From a virus (taxonomy: Duplodnaviria; Caudoviricetes): a stretch of 56,981 nucleotides of DNA. Each line of letters begins with the position of its first letter. Position 1 is the stretch's first letter. The stretch is taken from positions 1 to 56,981 of IMG/VR virus record IMGVR_UViG_3300023184_002488, one strand, 5' to 3'. Shown here piece by piece: positions 1-8,441 of the stretch. Under the pieces are notes generated by a model. That model ran no database searches. It was not told the origin of the DNA and saw only the letters and a list, made by a program, of their open reading frames with translations. Both the position numbers and the translations under genes were made by a program.

Positions 1-11
1 CCCACATAATA

Positions 12-170
12 CTACTCCTTAATTATTAAGTTGATAACGTCTACCATCATCCAGCCCACGGCAAAAGTGCCTAGAGCTGTTTGAACTACTGTTGGTAGAA
101 ACACCAGATAAGTTATGAATGCCAGGAGTAACAATGTTATTCTCAGCATCAAACTTCCGTTATTCCACAT
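12..170 (-). CDS. Small membrane protein, 52 aa (not in ORF track)
   Basis: Translated by hand: MWNNGSLMLRITLLLLAFITYLVFLPTVVQTALGTFAVGWMMVDVINLIIKE*. GGAGGA RBS at 175-180; two hydrophobic segments; directly follows the AAA gene. Confidence 0.7.
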   Translation of the reverse strand: MWNNGSLMLRITLLLLAFITYLVFLPTVVQTALGTFAVGWMMVDVINLIIKE

Positions 171-171
171 A

Positions 172-1176
172 TTATCCTCCTGCTTTCATACAAGTTGTTG
201 AAGCCAGCGCAGACCATTTCAATGGAAAGCTCTTGCGTAACTGAGCGATCTTGATAGCCATACGCAGACTAACTTCACGTAACTTGTTTTGGTTAGCGAC
301 CATGAAGTCAATGATTTCATCCTGTTGGATCTGATCAAAGTCATAGTCTTCAAATAATACACCTGTGCGAGCGATCTGTTTGATACGCAAGATCTTATCG
401 TGCATGGTGTCTAAAGTCAGATCCAAATAGTGACAACGTGATTGAATGGCATCCAAGTGATCACGTGTTTTTTGCGATTTCATTTGATCAAACTTTAGGT
501 TTGTGATAAAGATAACTCCGCCTTTGAAATCGAACTGGTCTGGAATACCTTCGTTGCGTAGGCTATGGCTATCTGCTAACCATGAGATCCTACGTTTTTT
601 ACCTGAGTCAAGTGCGCCTTTAAGCAAGTTAAGACATACGTCATCAAGTAAGATGCTGTCACAGTCGTCGAATACCACAACTGAGTTCGAATCACTATAC
701 TTGTAAAGCGCCTTATACATACCTAATGCGCTGGCCGTACCTTTGATCATCTCTGACTTAACACGACGTCCTGAGATCTGATCAAAGAGGTTTGCCTTTT
801 CTAACTGTGCTTCGATACCAAAGCTCTTACCAACCCCCGGAGGGCCTGCAACGATCATGGCACGGATATCTCCGTTCAATACTGCCTTGGTCATGTCATC
901 TAAGATGTCAAAACGTTCAGCTATTTCACCGATACGTTTTTCTTCTACAGCTGGATCCACAGCTTCGACTGCGGCGGCAGGTGCGTCTACTAGTTCATAA
1001 TCTGTAAGACTAGATACATTAACACGAATCTTGTCTTTGCCAAAACGACCAGTGCCGTCTACGGTGATGTAACCACCTTTGCTACCTAATTGGAATTGTT
1101 TGATGAGCGGAAACACTTCATCTCGAACTTCCTGATTGCGATAACTGCCGTTCTTAATTTTTACGAATGCCTGCAT
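172..1176 (-). CDS. AAA+ family ATPase (phage early protein, function unknown)
   Basis: Walker A GPPGVGKS, Walker B VVVFDDCD, sensor-1 IFITN, arginine-finger-like QSRC; AAGGA RBS. Confidence 0.85.
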   Translation of the reverse strand: MQAFVKIKNGSYRNQEVRDEVFPLIKQFQLGSKGGYITVDGTGRFGKDKIRVNVSSLTDYELVDAPAAAVEAVDPAVEEKRIGEIAERFDILDDMTKAVLNGDIRAMIVAGPPGVGKSFGIEAQLEKANLFDQISGRRVKSEMIKGTASALGMYKALYKYSDSNSVVVFDDCDSILLDDVCLNLLKGALDSGKKRRISWLADSHSLRNEGIPDQFDFKGGVIFITNLKFDQMKSQKTRDHLDAIQSRCHYLDLTLDTMHDKILRIKQIARTGVLFEDYDFDQIQQDEIIDFMVANQNKLREVSLRMAIKIAQLRKSFPLKWSALASTTCMKAGG

Positions 1177-1243
1177 TTGTCTAGTCCTTTATATTAGTTA
1201 AAATATTGTGAAGCAGTTGTCTGCTTTCTTATTTTATAATACT

Positions 1244-1272
1244 ATTATAGCACCAAAAAGTGGTTTTGTCAA
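1244..1272 (-). promoter_or_regulatory. sigma70-type early promoter TTGACA-N17-TATAAT
   Basis: -35 at 1272-1267, -10 at 1249-1244, exact consensus. Confidence 0.9.
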
Positions 1273-1286
1273 CCACTTTTGGGCTA

Positions 1287-1301
1287 TGTAAGTCATTGAT
1301 T
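1287..1301 (-). promoter_or_regulatory. IHF-consensus-like site AATCAATGACTTACA (copy 1)
   Basis: Matches WATCAANNNNTTR; identical 15-mer at 1781-1795; both lie 14 nt upstream of a -35 box. Confidence 0.6.
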
Positions 1302-1309
1302 ATTCTTGA

Positions 1310-1666
1310 TTATCTCCAGGATAATACTTCATCAGCTGTTATTACTCCGGCATCAATAGCTGATGCTACTACTTGCTCATAACAACTTTGTCGTTTGCTT
1401 TTTTTCAGATCATATGGTGCACGTAATAAAAAGTTTAGTTGAAGTCTAAGAGCTGTTTGATCAGGATCTTTAAGTCCGCTTAAATAAGCAGAATAAGGCA
1501 TTGGTTGTTTATAAATTAACCTATGTGCCAATTCTTCAACTTTATCTCTATCTGGGTGATCTGACCACTTAGTACGGTCTTCCCCTAAGATTGTTTTACA
1601 CATTTTGAAAAACCGTGTGCGATTGATTTCGGTAAAACCTGGTTGAACTACTGCATGTTTATACAT
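1310..1666 (-). CDS. Hypothetical protein
   Basis: ORF downstream of an early promoter; ATG at 1666 follows GGAAGG (ORF track starts at 1684). Confidence 0.65.
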   Translation of the reverse strand: MYKHAVVQPGFTEINRTRFFKMCKTILGEDRTKWSDHPDRDKVEELAHRLIYKQPMPYSAYLSGLKDPDQTALRLQLNFLLRAPYDLKKSKRQSCYEQVVASAIDAGVITADEVLSWR

Positions 1667-1737
1667 ATTTTTCCTTCCGAGCACTTAGCTCTAATTGTTA
1701 AAAAGTAGGAGAGCACGTTTGCTTCTCCAGTATTAGT

Positions 1738-1766
1738 ATTATACGATCTTTTAGGTGTTTTGTCAA
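1738..1766 (-). promoter_or_regulatory. sigma70-type early promoter TTGACA-N17-TATAAT
   Basis: -35 at 1766-1761, -10 at 1743-1738. Confidence 0.9.
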
Positions 1767-1780
1767 GCTCTTTTTGGTCT

Positions 1781-1795
1781 TGTAAGTCATTGATT
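1781..1795 (-). promoter_or_regulatory. IHF-consensus-like site AATCAATGACTTACA (copy 2)
   Basis: Identical to 1287-1301 with the same spacing to the -35 box. Confidence 0.6.
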
Positions 1796-1798
1796 TTA

Positions 1799-1990
1799 TT
1801 ACAAAGTTGGCCATCGATTAGCTATGGTTTTATCTCTGTAGTCTGGATCTTGCCATAATGCCTTGCTTAACTTACTTCGAGCTTTTCTCCATTTGGGGTC
1901 AAAGTTAGCTCTTAGCTTCATGTTGCCCCAAAGAACAACTTCATCTACTAAATACTCTTTACCATTTAATGCTGTTGCATACTTTTTCAT
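1799..1990 (-). CDS. Hypothetical protein, 63 aa
   Basis: ATG with AGGAG RBS. Confidence 0.7.
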   Translation of the reverse strand: MKKYATALNGKEYLVDEVVLWGNMKLRANFDPKWRKARSKLSKALWQDPDYRDKTIANRWPTL

Positions 1991-2026
1991 GAGATTTCTC
2001 CTAATAAATGTTTTAATAATATTTTG

Positions 2027-2236
2027 TTATACAAAATCGTAGGCAAATTCGCCGGTATCACCAATAGGGCTAATTTGGACTTTACCTAAGCCCAAGCTCT
2101 TGCTTAGTGCATGGAATACACTGCGGGCTTGGTCTTCAGTGATAGTGCTGACAAACAAGGTGCCGTTATAGAACTCCGTAGTCACGGGCTTGTCTAGGGT
2201 AATTGTTACTAGTTGTTTTGCACAGGTTTCAAACAT
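2027..2236 (-). CDS. Hypothetical protein, 69 aa
   Basis: ATG with AAAGGA RBS, behind the promoter at 2271-2299. Confidence 0.75.
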   Translation of the reverse strand: MFETCAKQLVTITLDKPVTTEFYNGTLFVSTITEDQARSVFHALSKSLGLGKVQISPIGDTGEFAYDFV

Positions 2237-2270
2237 TGTTTAGTTCCTTTTCTTATTGTCTATGTGTAAC

Positions 2271-2299
2271 ATTATACACTCAGACAACCAAAAAGTCAA
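2271..2299 (-). promoter_or_regulatory. sigma70-type promoter TTGACT-N17-TATAAT
   Basis: -35 at 2299-2294, -10 at 2276-2271. Confidence 0.85.
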
Positions 2300-2305
2300 C
2301 CAAAA

Positions 2306-3397
2306 TTATGCTAAAAAGTGCTTGGAAAAATACTCTCGTGGATGGTGGTTTTTTAGGCCAAATTCTATGCCGTAACACTTCATGGGAACATGGGTCGCCA
2401 CCAACATAGCAGTATCACGGGCTTGACGCATAGCTTCTTTATCATACTCTGGGCAGTGTGTAACCTTACCCAATCTTGACTTCCAGAATAAGGGAATATC
2501 TTCTTCTACCCAACGGTAATCTGTGCCACTAGGTTTGGCATTGTATAACCATTCTGCCGCTGGATTAAAATTAACCCAACTATCATCACGCTCATAGAAT
2601 CCTATAGCGATCTTTAAATCACCTTCAAAGAATCCCGGTGGAATGAACATGGGCGGAACGATGTTTTCTAAGGTCTGTGCCATATTATCATTGACATGAC
2701 TGTAGCCTTCATAATGACGCACTATTTCTTTGGTTGGTGCGTAGACCGGTCCTGGACATACATATCCATGGTGTGCACCTAGGTAGTCTACTTTAAACAT
2801 CAGTGCATCACCGTAGTCACGCTCCCAATATTTCTTAAGACGCTCAGCTTTGAGCATCATGATGCCATCATAGGTTTCCCAGTTGTAACGGATAAAGTCA
2901 CCATCACTGGTAAGTTCACCATTGTAGTGCTTGCTCATGCGCATCTGTTCTGGCCAATGGCTATAATACATCACAGCATTGGGATCTGGATCCAGCTCTA
3001 ACCAATTGATCGCACTTTCAACCATGTCCAAATTACTATCAATAAAGATATGATCATCATTACAGGCCAGCCAAACTATCTCTTCGGGGTCATCTAAATA
3101 CCGATCGCAGATTACTTTCCAATCGCGACCGTAGTCACAGCGTTGCCATATCAACTCTAGTTTATCAGCAGGGAATAGTTCCTTCATATAGGTTTCTAAT
3201 TCTTGCTGGCGATGTGCTAGTTCTGGTGCCAACGTAACGCAGAACACGAACTTACTGACTAGGGGCTCCAGCACTGCGGTGCTGGCAAGACAATAACGGA
3301 ATACATCGTAACGTTCTGGGTTAGGCATCCATGCCGCACGACGATAAGGATAGCCCATACGGATGTCTGTGATCTTTACATTGAATAAAACGATCAT
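2306..3397 (-). CDS. Putative GT-A fold glycosyltransferase-like protein
   Basis: Hydrophobic strand followed by NDDHIFID (DxD-like); last gene of a sugar-enzyme operon, translationally coupled. Confidence 0.5.
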   Translation of the reverse strand: MIVLFNVKITDIRMGYPYRRAAWMPNPERYDVFRYCLASTAVLEPLVSKFVFCVTLAPELAHRQQELETYMKELFPADKLELIWQRCDYGRDWKVICDRYLDDPEEIVWLACNDDHIFIDSNLDMVESAINWLELDPDPNAVMYYSHWPEQMRMSKHYNGELTSDGDFIRYNWETYDGIMMLKAERLKKYWERDYGDALMFKVDYLGAHHGYVCPGPVYAPTKEIVRHYEGYSHVNDNMAQTLENIVPPMFIPPGFFEGDLKIAIGFYERDDSWVNFNPAAEWLYNAKPSGTDYRWVEEDIPLFWKSRLGKVTHCPEYDKEAMRQARDTAMLVATHVPMKCYGIEFGLKNHHPREYFSKHFLA

Positions 3398-4380
3398 TAG
3401 GCTAGATTATCTGTATAGGTATTAAAGATCTGATACATGGCTTGATTGACTTCATTGGTCCAATCACCATGCTGGCTAAGTTGCTCAAGGATTGCCTGAT
3501 ACTCTGGACTATTGAAACAGTAGTGTCCAGCGACGATGACTTTTTGTTCATCGGCATCACTATCAGTCCATTTCTTCCAACGACCGCTGGCTAGGACAAC
3601 TCGACTAAAGGCGTCCCATTGTGCTTCACCACCGCGGGCAAGTGCCATTTCTTTTAATAGCTTGGTCTGCACTACACCTAGTTGTGGGGCGATATTCATA
3701 GCATGGACACCTGCGGCTTTACGTAATTGGATCTGTTCAGCTGTTAGATAATCGGCATTGTGTTCTTTTAGCTTAACACCATTTTCATTAGCGACCCTCA
3801 CCAAGTCTCGGACTGTATCAATCTCAAATGTGCCTGCTTGATGATCTTCGTGACACAGACTACCTGTCTGTGCTACTACGAATTCCAAGTTAGGTATGTT
3901 CTTAGCAAATGCTACATCATTCTTATACTTGATAGCACCTGCGGCTACACCTACGTTTTCTTCTGTGCCAAATTCAAAGCGGATATTAGGATTTAGATCG
4001 ATACAGAATTTAAATAATTCTTCAGCGATACCATAGGTATCATCTACACGACTAGTATCAATATGGATTAAGTTATACCCTTGTTCAATATCATAGGCGA
4101 TAGTCTTTTTAGTTGCTTCTACTGCGTCTTTTAAACTAAGACCTTTTTCTGCATCTAAGAAGTATGGACCACAATGGTCACGGCACATCCAAACATGGTC
4201 AGTTGGTAGCGTGTTTAATAGAGCTCGTAGTTCTGGTGTGGTCATCACATAACCCGTTTCTGCATCTACTTGATTACGGCTTGCGATAATCATCAAAGGT
4301 CGTTTTGTATCGTGTGTGTAGTTACAGATTGCTGTAATCACTTCACGGCTCATTGGTCCAAATCCTAGTCTAAAATCCAT
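3397..4380 (-). CDS. Class II tagatose-bisphosphate aldolase (GatZ/KbaZ-like TIM barrel)
   Basis: Motifs GFGPMS, IASRNQVD, CRDHCGP, IHIDTS, EFGTEE, KEHNADY, NIAPQLG; likely start MDFRLG at 4380. Confidence 0.75.
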   Translation of the reverse strand: MDFRLGFGPMSREVITAICNYTHDTKRPLMIIASRNQVDAETGYVMTTPELRALLNTLPTDHVWMCRDHCGPYFLDAEKGLSLKDAVEATKKTIAYDIEQGYNLIHIDTSRVDDTYGIAEELFKFCIDLNPNIRFEFGTEENVGVAAGAIKYKNDVAFAKNIPNLEFVVAQTGSLCHEDHQAGTFEIDTVRDLVRVANENGVKLKEHNADYLTAEQIQLRKAAGVHAMNIAPQLGVVQTKLLKEMALARGGEAQWDAFSRVVLASGRWKKWTDSDADEQKVIVAGHYCFNSPEYQAILEQLSQHGDWTNEVNQAMYQIFNTYTDNLA

Positions 4381-4840
4381 GTTCAATCCCCATCTTATCC
4401 ATAATAATAATACAAGCGTCCATAACTGCACCTTTGCCGCCTTCACGTTCTGTTACGTGGGTGGCATTAGCTCTTGCTGTTCTCCAGGCCTGTGCTGGGG
4501 CAAAACTTAAACCCACATGTGGGAATATCTTTGCATCAAAAGGTCCGTCACCCATAAAGATAGTTTCACTTGGATCTCCTTTGCTCAAGACCCAGTTAAG
4601 TCTATCCTTTTCTTTAACCATGGTCACAGGAAACTTCATATGTGTTGTGATACGGTTATAGGTGATAGGCCAGCCATTTTCATCAGCACTAACAAACTCT
4701 ATATCTAAGTGGTCACGCAGGAGTTTAAGTCCATCGTGATCATAGTTACCAAAGGCCTTGAATGGTTTTCCATCCACACCCCAATAGAGCATGCCGTCGT
4801 TTAATACACCATCTACATCCATGATAAAACGTTTATACAT
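4370..4840 (-). CDS. HAD phosphatase, KdsC/YrbI (KDO8P phosphatase)-like
   Basis: DVDGVLNDG motif I, K-x-F-x(3)-D-x-DG, MGDGPFD, GGKGAV. Confidence 0.85.
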   Translation of the reverse strand: MYKRFIMDVDGVLNDGMLYWGVDGKPFKAFGNYDHDGLKLLRDHLDIEFVSADENGWPITYNRITTHMKFPVTMVKEKDRLNWVLSKGDPSETIFMGDGPFDAKIFPHVGLSFAPAQAWRTARANATHVTEREGGKGAVMDACIIIMDKMGIEHGF

Positions 4841-6444
4841 TATCCTAATACCTTGCTAAAGTGTAATTGAGCAAGTGCTATCAAGAACTTGTCAAATGGT
4901 GCTTCATGTAGTGGGCTCATGTTCAAGTAGATGATCGGCACTAAAGTCTTAACCTTCTTCCAATCTAATCCTTGTTTAACTACCCATTTTTGTAAAATTT
5001 CTTCGTAGACTTTAACATCATTTACGCTAGGAACTTCTAGTGTAACATAATCATTACGTTCTGTATAGCTGTAACGTTCATGTTTGATGTCTTTATAACT
5101 AAGATGTAAACCACCTAACATTTTTGCTAGATCGTAATATTGATCACCGTATAGTGCACCACCAAAGTCAGTGCGCCAATCGATAGCAGTGAATTGATCT
5201 GAGAAATGTTTTTTGTGTTCTTCATAGTTGGTCAATGGACCTAGATACTGCCCATGTTGATAAATGGTATTATCAAAGTGTAGATCACCGTGGATAAACT
5301 TCCATGATGTTTCTGTAGTTAACCAAGTAAAGTCAATCTTGCTTAGGTATGTATCAATGGTATCTACTTCGACTCCGTTAACCACACATGGCTCACTCCA
5401 GTTAGCATACTTGGCACGGAACATTTCAACACGTTCCATGGTCTTTTCATAGTAAAACTTATTACAGATATTGAGATGATCAATGTCAGCATCGTTTTCA
5501 GCTGGAGCATCTTTCCATAATGTTGTTTCACACCAAGCTAACATACTTTCAAATATCTCTGGGGTGTATTGATTATAAACAATATCACCCTTGGCAAAGT
5601 CGTGTATCAAGAAGTTACCCGAAACTTCAACATTACTAGGCATGGCTTCTGGATTACATTCAGCACGACGAACACGCATCTCTGCTTGTCGAGGATTGGT
5701 CCAGAACTTGATGATCTTTTTATTATCATTGTAGAATAGTTCATCTGGTTTAGGAAAACTCACATCAGTGAATTCACTTGATAATTCTTCCCACTTTTCA
5801 TATGTGCCAAAGTCTTTCCAACCACGCACTGTATGTGCTCGTAATTTTAATCCATCAAATCCTTCTGGAGTTTCTTTGGCTTTACGATTGATTAGATTGT
5901 TTAGGTAGTTGTCATCTTTAGCATACATCAAACCAATGAACGCATCAACTGCGGTCTTGCTAGACTCTTTATTCTTTACGCTGATGATCTTATCAGCTTC
6001 ACGTTCGATCCAACAATAGTCTTGTGCAATAGCACTGTCTACAGGATGGACTCCGATCCAATCGTGATCTAGTTTGTCACGATATTCAAAATCAAACAGT
6101 GTGTCGCAGGCTAACCACATGAATCCACCATGTAGGTATTTGGCACAGGCCTGTATGCTGGTTGCTGGACCTGTATCACCTTCTGCATAGTTAGGGATAT
6201 CGACAAACACTACATCTTTATCGCTGTGGACTACGCCGACATAATCTTTGATATACTGTCCCATATGACCACAGGCAACAACGAAACGTGTACCTATGTC
6301 AAACTTTTCCATGATGTGACTGATCAATGGTTTGTTGTCATAGGGTATAAGTGCCTTAGGTACCATGCGACTAAATGGACCCATTCTTCGTCCATAGCCC
6401 GCGGCTAGGATTAATACTGTGAGTTTATTGTTGGTGTTCGGCAT
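4840..6444 (-). CDS. Nucleotidyltransferase fused to an APH/choline-kinase-like domain
   Basis: N-terminal LAAGYGRRM...PKAL; C-terminal HGDLHFDN, IDWR, YYDLAK; likely start MPNTNNK at 6444. Confidence 0.85.
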   Translation of the reverse strand: MPNTNNKLTVLILAAGYGRRMGPFSRMVPKALIPYDNKPLISHIMEKFDIGTRFVVACGHMGQYIKDYVGVVHSDKDVVFVDIPNYAEGDTGPATSIQACAKYLHGGFMWLACDTLFDFEYRDKLDHDWIGVHPVDSAIAQDYCWIEREADKIISVKNKESSKTAVDAFIGLMYAKDDNYLNNLINRKAKETPEGFDGLKLRAHTVRGWKDFGTYEKWEELSSEFTDVSFPKPDELFYNDNKKIIKFWTNPRQAEMRVRRAECNPEAMPSNVEVSGNFLIHDFAKGDIVYNQYTPEIFESMLAWCETTLWKDAPAENDADIDHLNICNKFYYEKTMERVEMFRAKYANWSEPCVVNGVEVDTIDTYLSKIDFTWLTTETSWKFIHGDLHFDNTIYQHGQYLGPLTNYEEHKKHFSDQFTAIDWRTDFGGALYGDQYYDLAKMLGGLHLSYKDIKHERYSYTERNDYVTLEVPSVNDVKVYEEILQKWVVKQGLDWKKVKTLVPIIYLNMSPLHEAPFDKFLIALAQLHFSKVLG

Positions 6445-6898
6445 CGATTCTTCCATGTCCTCTGTTTGCAGAGTCTTCAAGACGTATAACGTCATCTAAT
6501 TGAGTAGTGCTGGCTTCTGTGTAATGCAGATCATCATGTGCAACCATACGATGTATAGTGCAGGGTGGTGTGTGGAATACAGCACCTGGTGCTAGTTCTT
6601 CAGTGATCAATTCACTTTTGATCTGAGCTATTTCTTCAGCTGAATATCCGCCAGCTAGATAACGCTCGCAATCAAACGGCTTGGGATGATAGATCAGCGC
6701 ACCATTGCCCACATGTAAATGGATACTTTCAGATTTGTATTGGTGGACTTGTAGGCTAGTAACAAAGCCTGCTTTTAAGATTAATTCTTTTAGTGCGAAT
6801 GGGTAAACATCATTACCTGGCATTAGCCAAGTTTCGGTTCCCCAAGGTTTATGAACTACGTGACAGTTCTCTATTCTTTGAAAATCTACAGTCATCAT
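6425..6898 (-). CDS. Cupin, mannose-6-phosphate isomerase C-terminal-like
   Basis: KPWGxE, SLQVHQYKSE, IHRM, EAST...DDVIRLED. Confidence 0.85.
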   Translation of the reverse strand: MMTVDFQRIENCHVVHKPWGTETWLMPGNDVYPFALKELILKAGFVTSLQVHQYKSESIHLHVGNGALIYHPKPFDCERYLAGGYSAEEIAQIKSELITEELAPGAVFHTPPCTIHRMVAHDDLHYTEASTTQLDDVIRLEDSANRGHGRIDAEHQQ

Positions 6899-6927
6899 TG
6901 ACCCCTAGTTGATAATACATTTTACAA

Positions 6928-6935
6928 TATTTATC
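6928..6935 (-). promoter_or_regulatory. T4-late-like promoter GATAAATA
   Basis: Same motif precedes the structural genes of this window; sits upstream of the cupin operon. Confidence 0.65.
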
Positions 6936-6977
6936 GACCAGTGTCAACGGCTATTTAAAACTTGATTTTACTTTTGA

Positions 6978-7133
6978 TTAACAACAATCGCTAAATGCAT
7001 CAATCCAACGTCTGTTACAAGCTGTGTCTTTATCAGCACATGGTGTTTCTGCTTGTGGTTGAACTGGTTTAGCAGGAATACTTGCGACCATAGCTTCTGT
7101 GGCTAGGTCAGATAAGTCTGCTTGTTTCGTCAT
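6978..7133 (-). CDS. Small Cys-containing peptide, 51 aa
   Basis: ATG at 7133 with AAAGGAAG RBS; ends CADKDTACNRRWIDAFSDCC. Confidence 0.65.
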   Translation of the reverse strand: MTKQADLSDLATEAMVASIPAKPVQPQAETPCADKDTACNRRWIDAFSDCC

Positions 7134-7202
7134 TTTACTTCCTTTCGCCTTTTGGGCATTGTTAAAATATAGTGATTTTGTCACTATACCATTATTTAGT
7201 TG

Positions 7203-7490
7203 TTATGGTAGTTTAGGTGCACCTAATGCGTCTAACATACTGTCTACACCAGCATACCAATTTTCAGTAACATTGATACCATAGAATACAATACCACGGG
7301 CGGTATCACTGAATCCTCCGAGTAATATTAAAAATAAAATTATCCAAACTACGATCCAAGGACTGGTTTTATAATTATAGGAACCGCTATCAAAATCTGA
7401 ATGTTGGTAATTACGGGTGTAGTGATACCATTCACTACGATTTGGGTTACCGCGTGGCCCCCAATTTGGATCATCATATCTATTGTTCAT
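7203..7490 (-). CDS. Small membrane protein
   Basis: One TM segment (WIVVWIILFLILLGG); probable start ATG 7490 just below the -10 box. Confidence 0.65.
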   Translation of the reverse strand: MNNRYDDPNWGPRGNPNRSEWYHYTRNYQHSDFDSGSYNYKTSPWIVVWIILFLILLGGFSDTARGIVFYGINVTENWYAGVDSMLDALGAPKLP

Positions 7491-7496
7491 GCAAGT

Positions 7497-7525
7497 ATTA
7501 TACACGAACAATAGACTGATGTCAA
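7497..7525 (-). promoter_or_regulatory. sigma70-type promoter TTGACA-N17-TATAAT
   Basis: -35 at 7525-7520, -10 at 7502-7497. Confidence 0.85.
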
Positions 7526-7528
7526 AGA

Positions 7529-8089
7529 TTATTTTTGTCTTTTGTAGAACACATGGTTACCAATTTGGGTAGCAACCTTGTGTGGCCAACGTGGGTTGAC
7601 CTTTATTGATGTTTCGTGGAACCACATGACATCTTTATCAATCTTGGCAACCTTTTGACCTTCTACGAAAACTCGCTTGGCGGCGATGTAACTTGGGTCA
7701 CTTGGTTTAAGAGTTTTTAATTTATTTCGATCAGCGTTACAGTACCAACTAAATTGGCAAACACGATCACCTCCTACTATAGTAGTTTGTGATACTACTG
7801 CACATAAGTCTCGTGGAAACAATCCACTACGGGCACGATTGACTGTGACCTGGGCCACTGCCATCTGTCCTGACATGGGTTCACCATTGGCTTCGTAAAA
7901 TACATTACGAGCCAAACAAGCCAATTGTCTTTCTAATATCTTGGTTTGCTGTTGATGTGCTTTGGCCATCTTAAAACCAAATGCACGATCTTCAGTGGCA
8001 TTGGCTATCGATGTTACTGTTACTGCTAAAACTGCTGTGGACATTATTGTCCAGGTTAGTATTTTTTTGAGGCGCGAAACTGCACTCAT
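7529..8089 (-). CDS. Cell wall hydrolase, SleB/Hydrolase_2 family
   Basis: CLARNVFYEANGE, MAVAQVTVNR, CQFSW, IGNHVFY; N-terminal signal/TM segment. Confidence 0.9.
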   Translation of the reverse strand: MSAVSRLKKILTWTIMSTAVLAVTVTSIANATEDRAFGFKMAKAHQQQTKILERQLACLARNVFYEANGEPMSGQMAVAQVTVNRARSGLFPRDLCAVVSQTTIVGGDRVCQFSWYCNADRNKLKTLKPSDPSYIAAKRVFVEGQKVAKIDKDVMWFHETSIKVNPRWPHKVATQIGNHVFYKRQK

Positions 8090-8129
8090 ATCTTTCCCTC
8101 CTGTTAGTCTTGTCTTAAGGCAAATCTTC

Positions 8130-8354
8130 CTAAGAATTTATACCGGTCGTAGAACGTGGCCAAACTTGGTTGACGCTGTTACGATCGATATAATGTTGGC
8201 ATGGTTTAGTTGGCGTCTTCATTGCCAATAAATCATAATCATTAAATGGAGCTAAATTAACTCCCGTGCTTGATGTGTGTCTGTGACACTGTTCTCTCAC
8301 TGTGCAATATCTCCCTGCGCAATAGTATCTTGATTCGGTTTCTATATTACTCAT
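8130..8354 (-). CDS. Small Cys/His-rich hypothetical protein
   Basis: C-x4-C-x5-C-HRH...C pattern; GGAGG RBS. Confidence 0.65.
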   Translation of the reverse strand: MSNIETESRYYCAGRYCTVREQCHRHTSSTGVNLAPFNDYDLLAMKTPTKPCQHYIDRNSVNQVWPRSTTGINS

Positions 8355-8441
8355 CGTGAATCCTCCGAACGTAGTATTATGTAGCCATATGAATATGGAC
8401 TTTTATGCGTATATTACTCGGGTTTGATTTAGATAACTAAA

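Noticed and set aside
8355-8425. Possible long imperfect stem upstream of the 74-aa gene, partly covering its RBS
   Set aside because: Pairing is weak and interrupted in AT-rich DNA; indistinguishable from chance without homologs.
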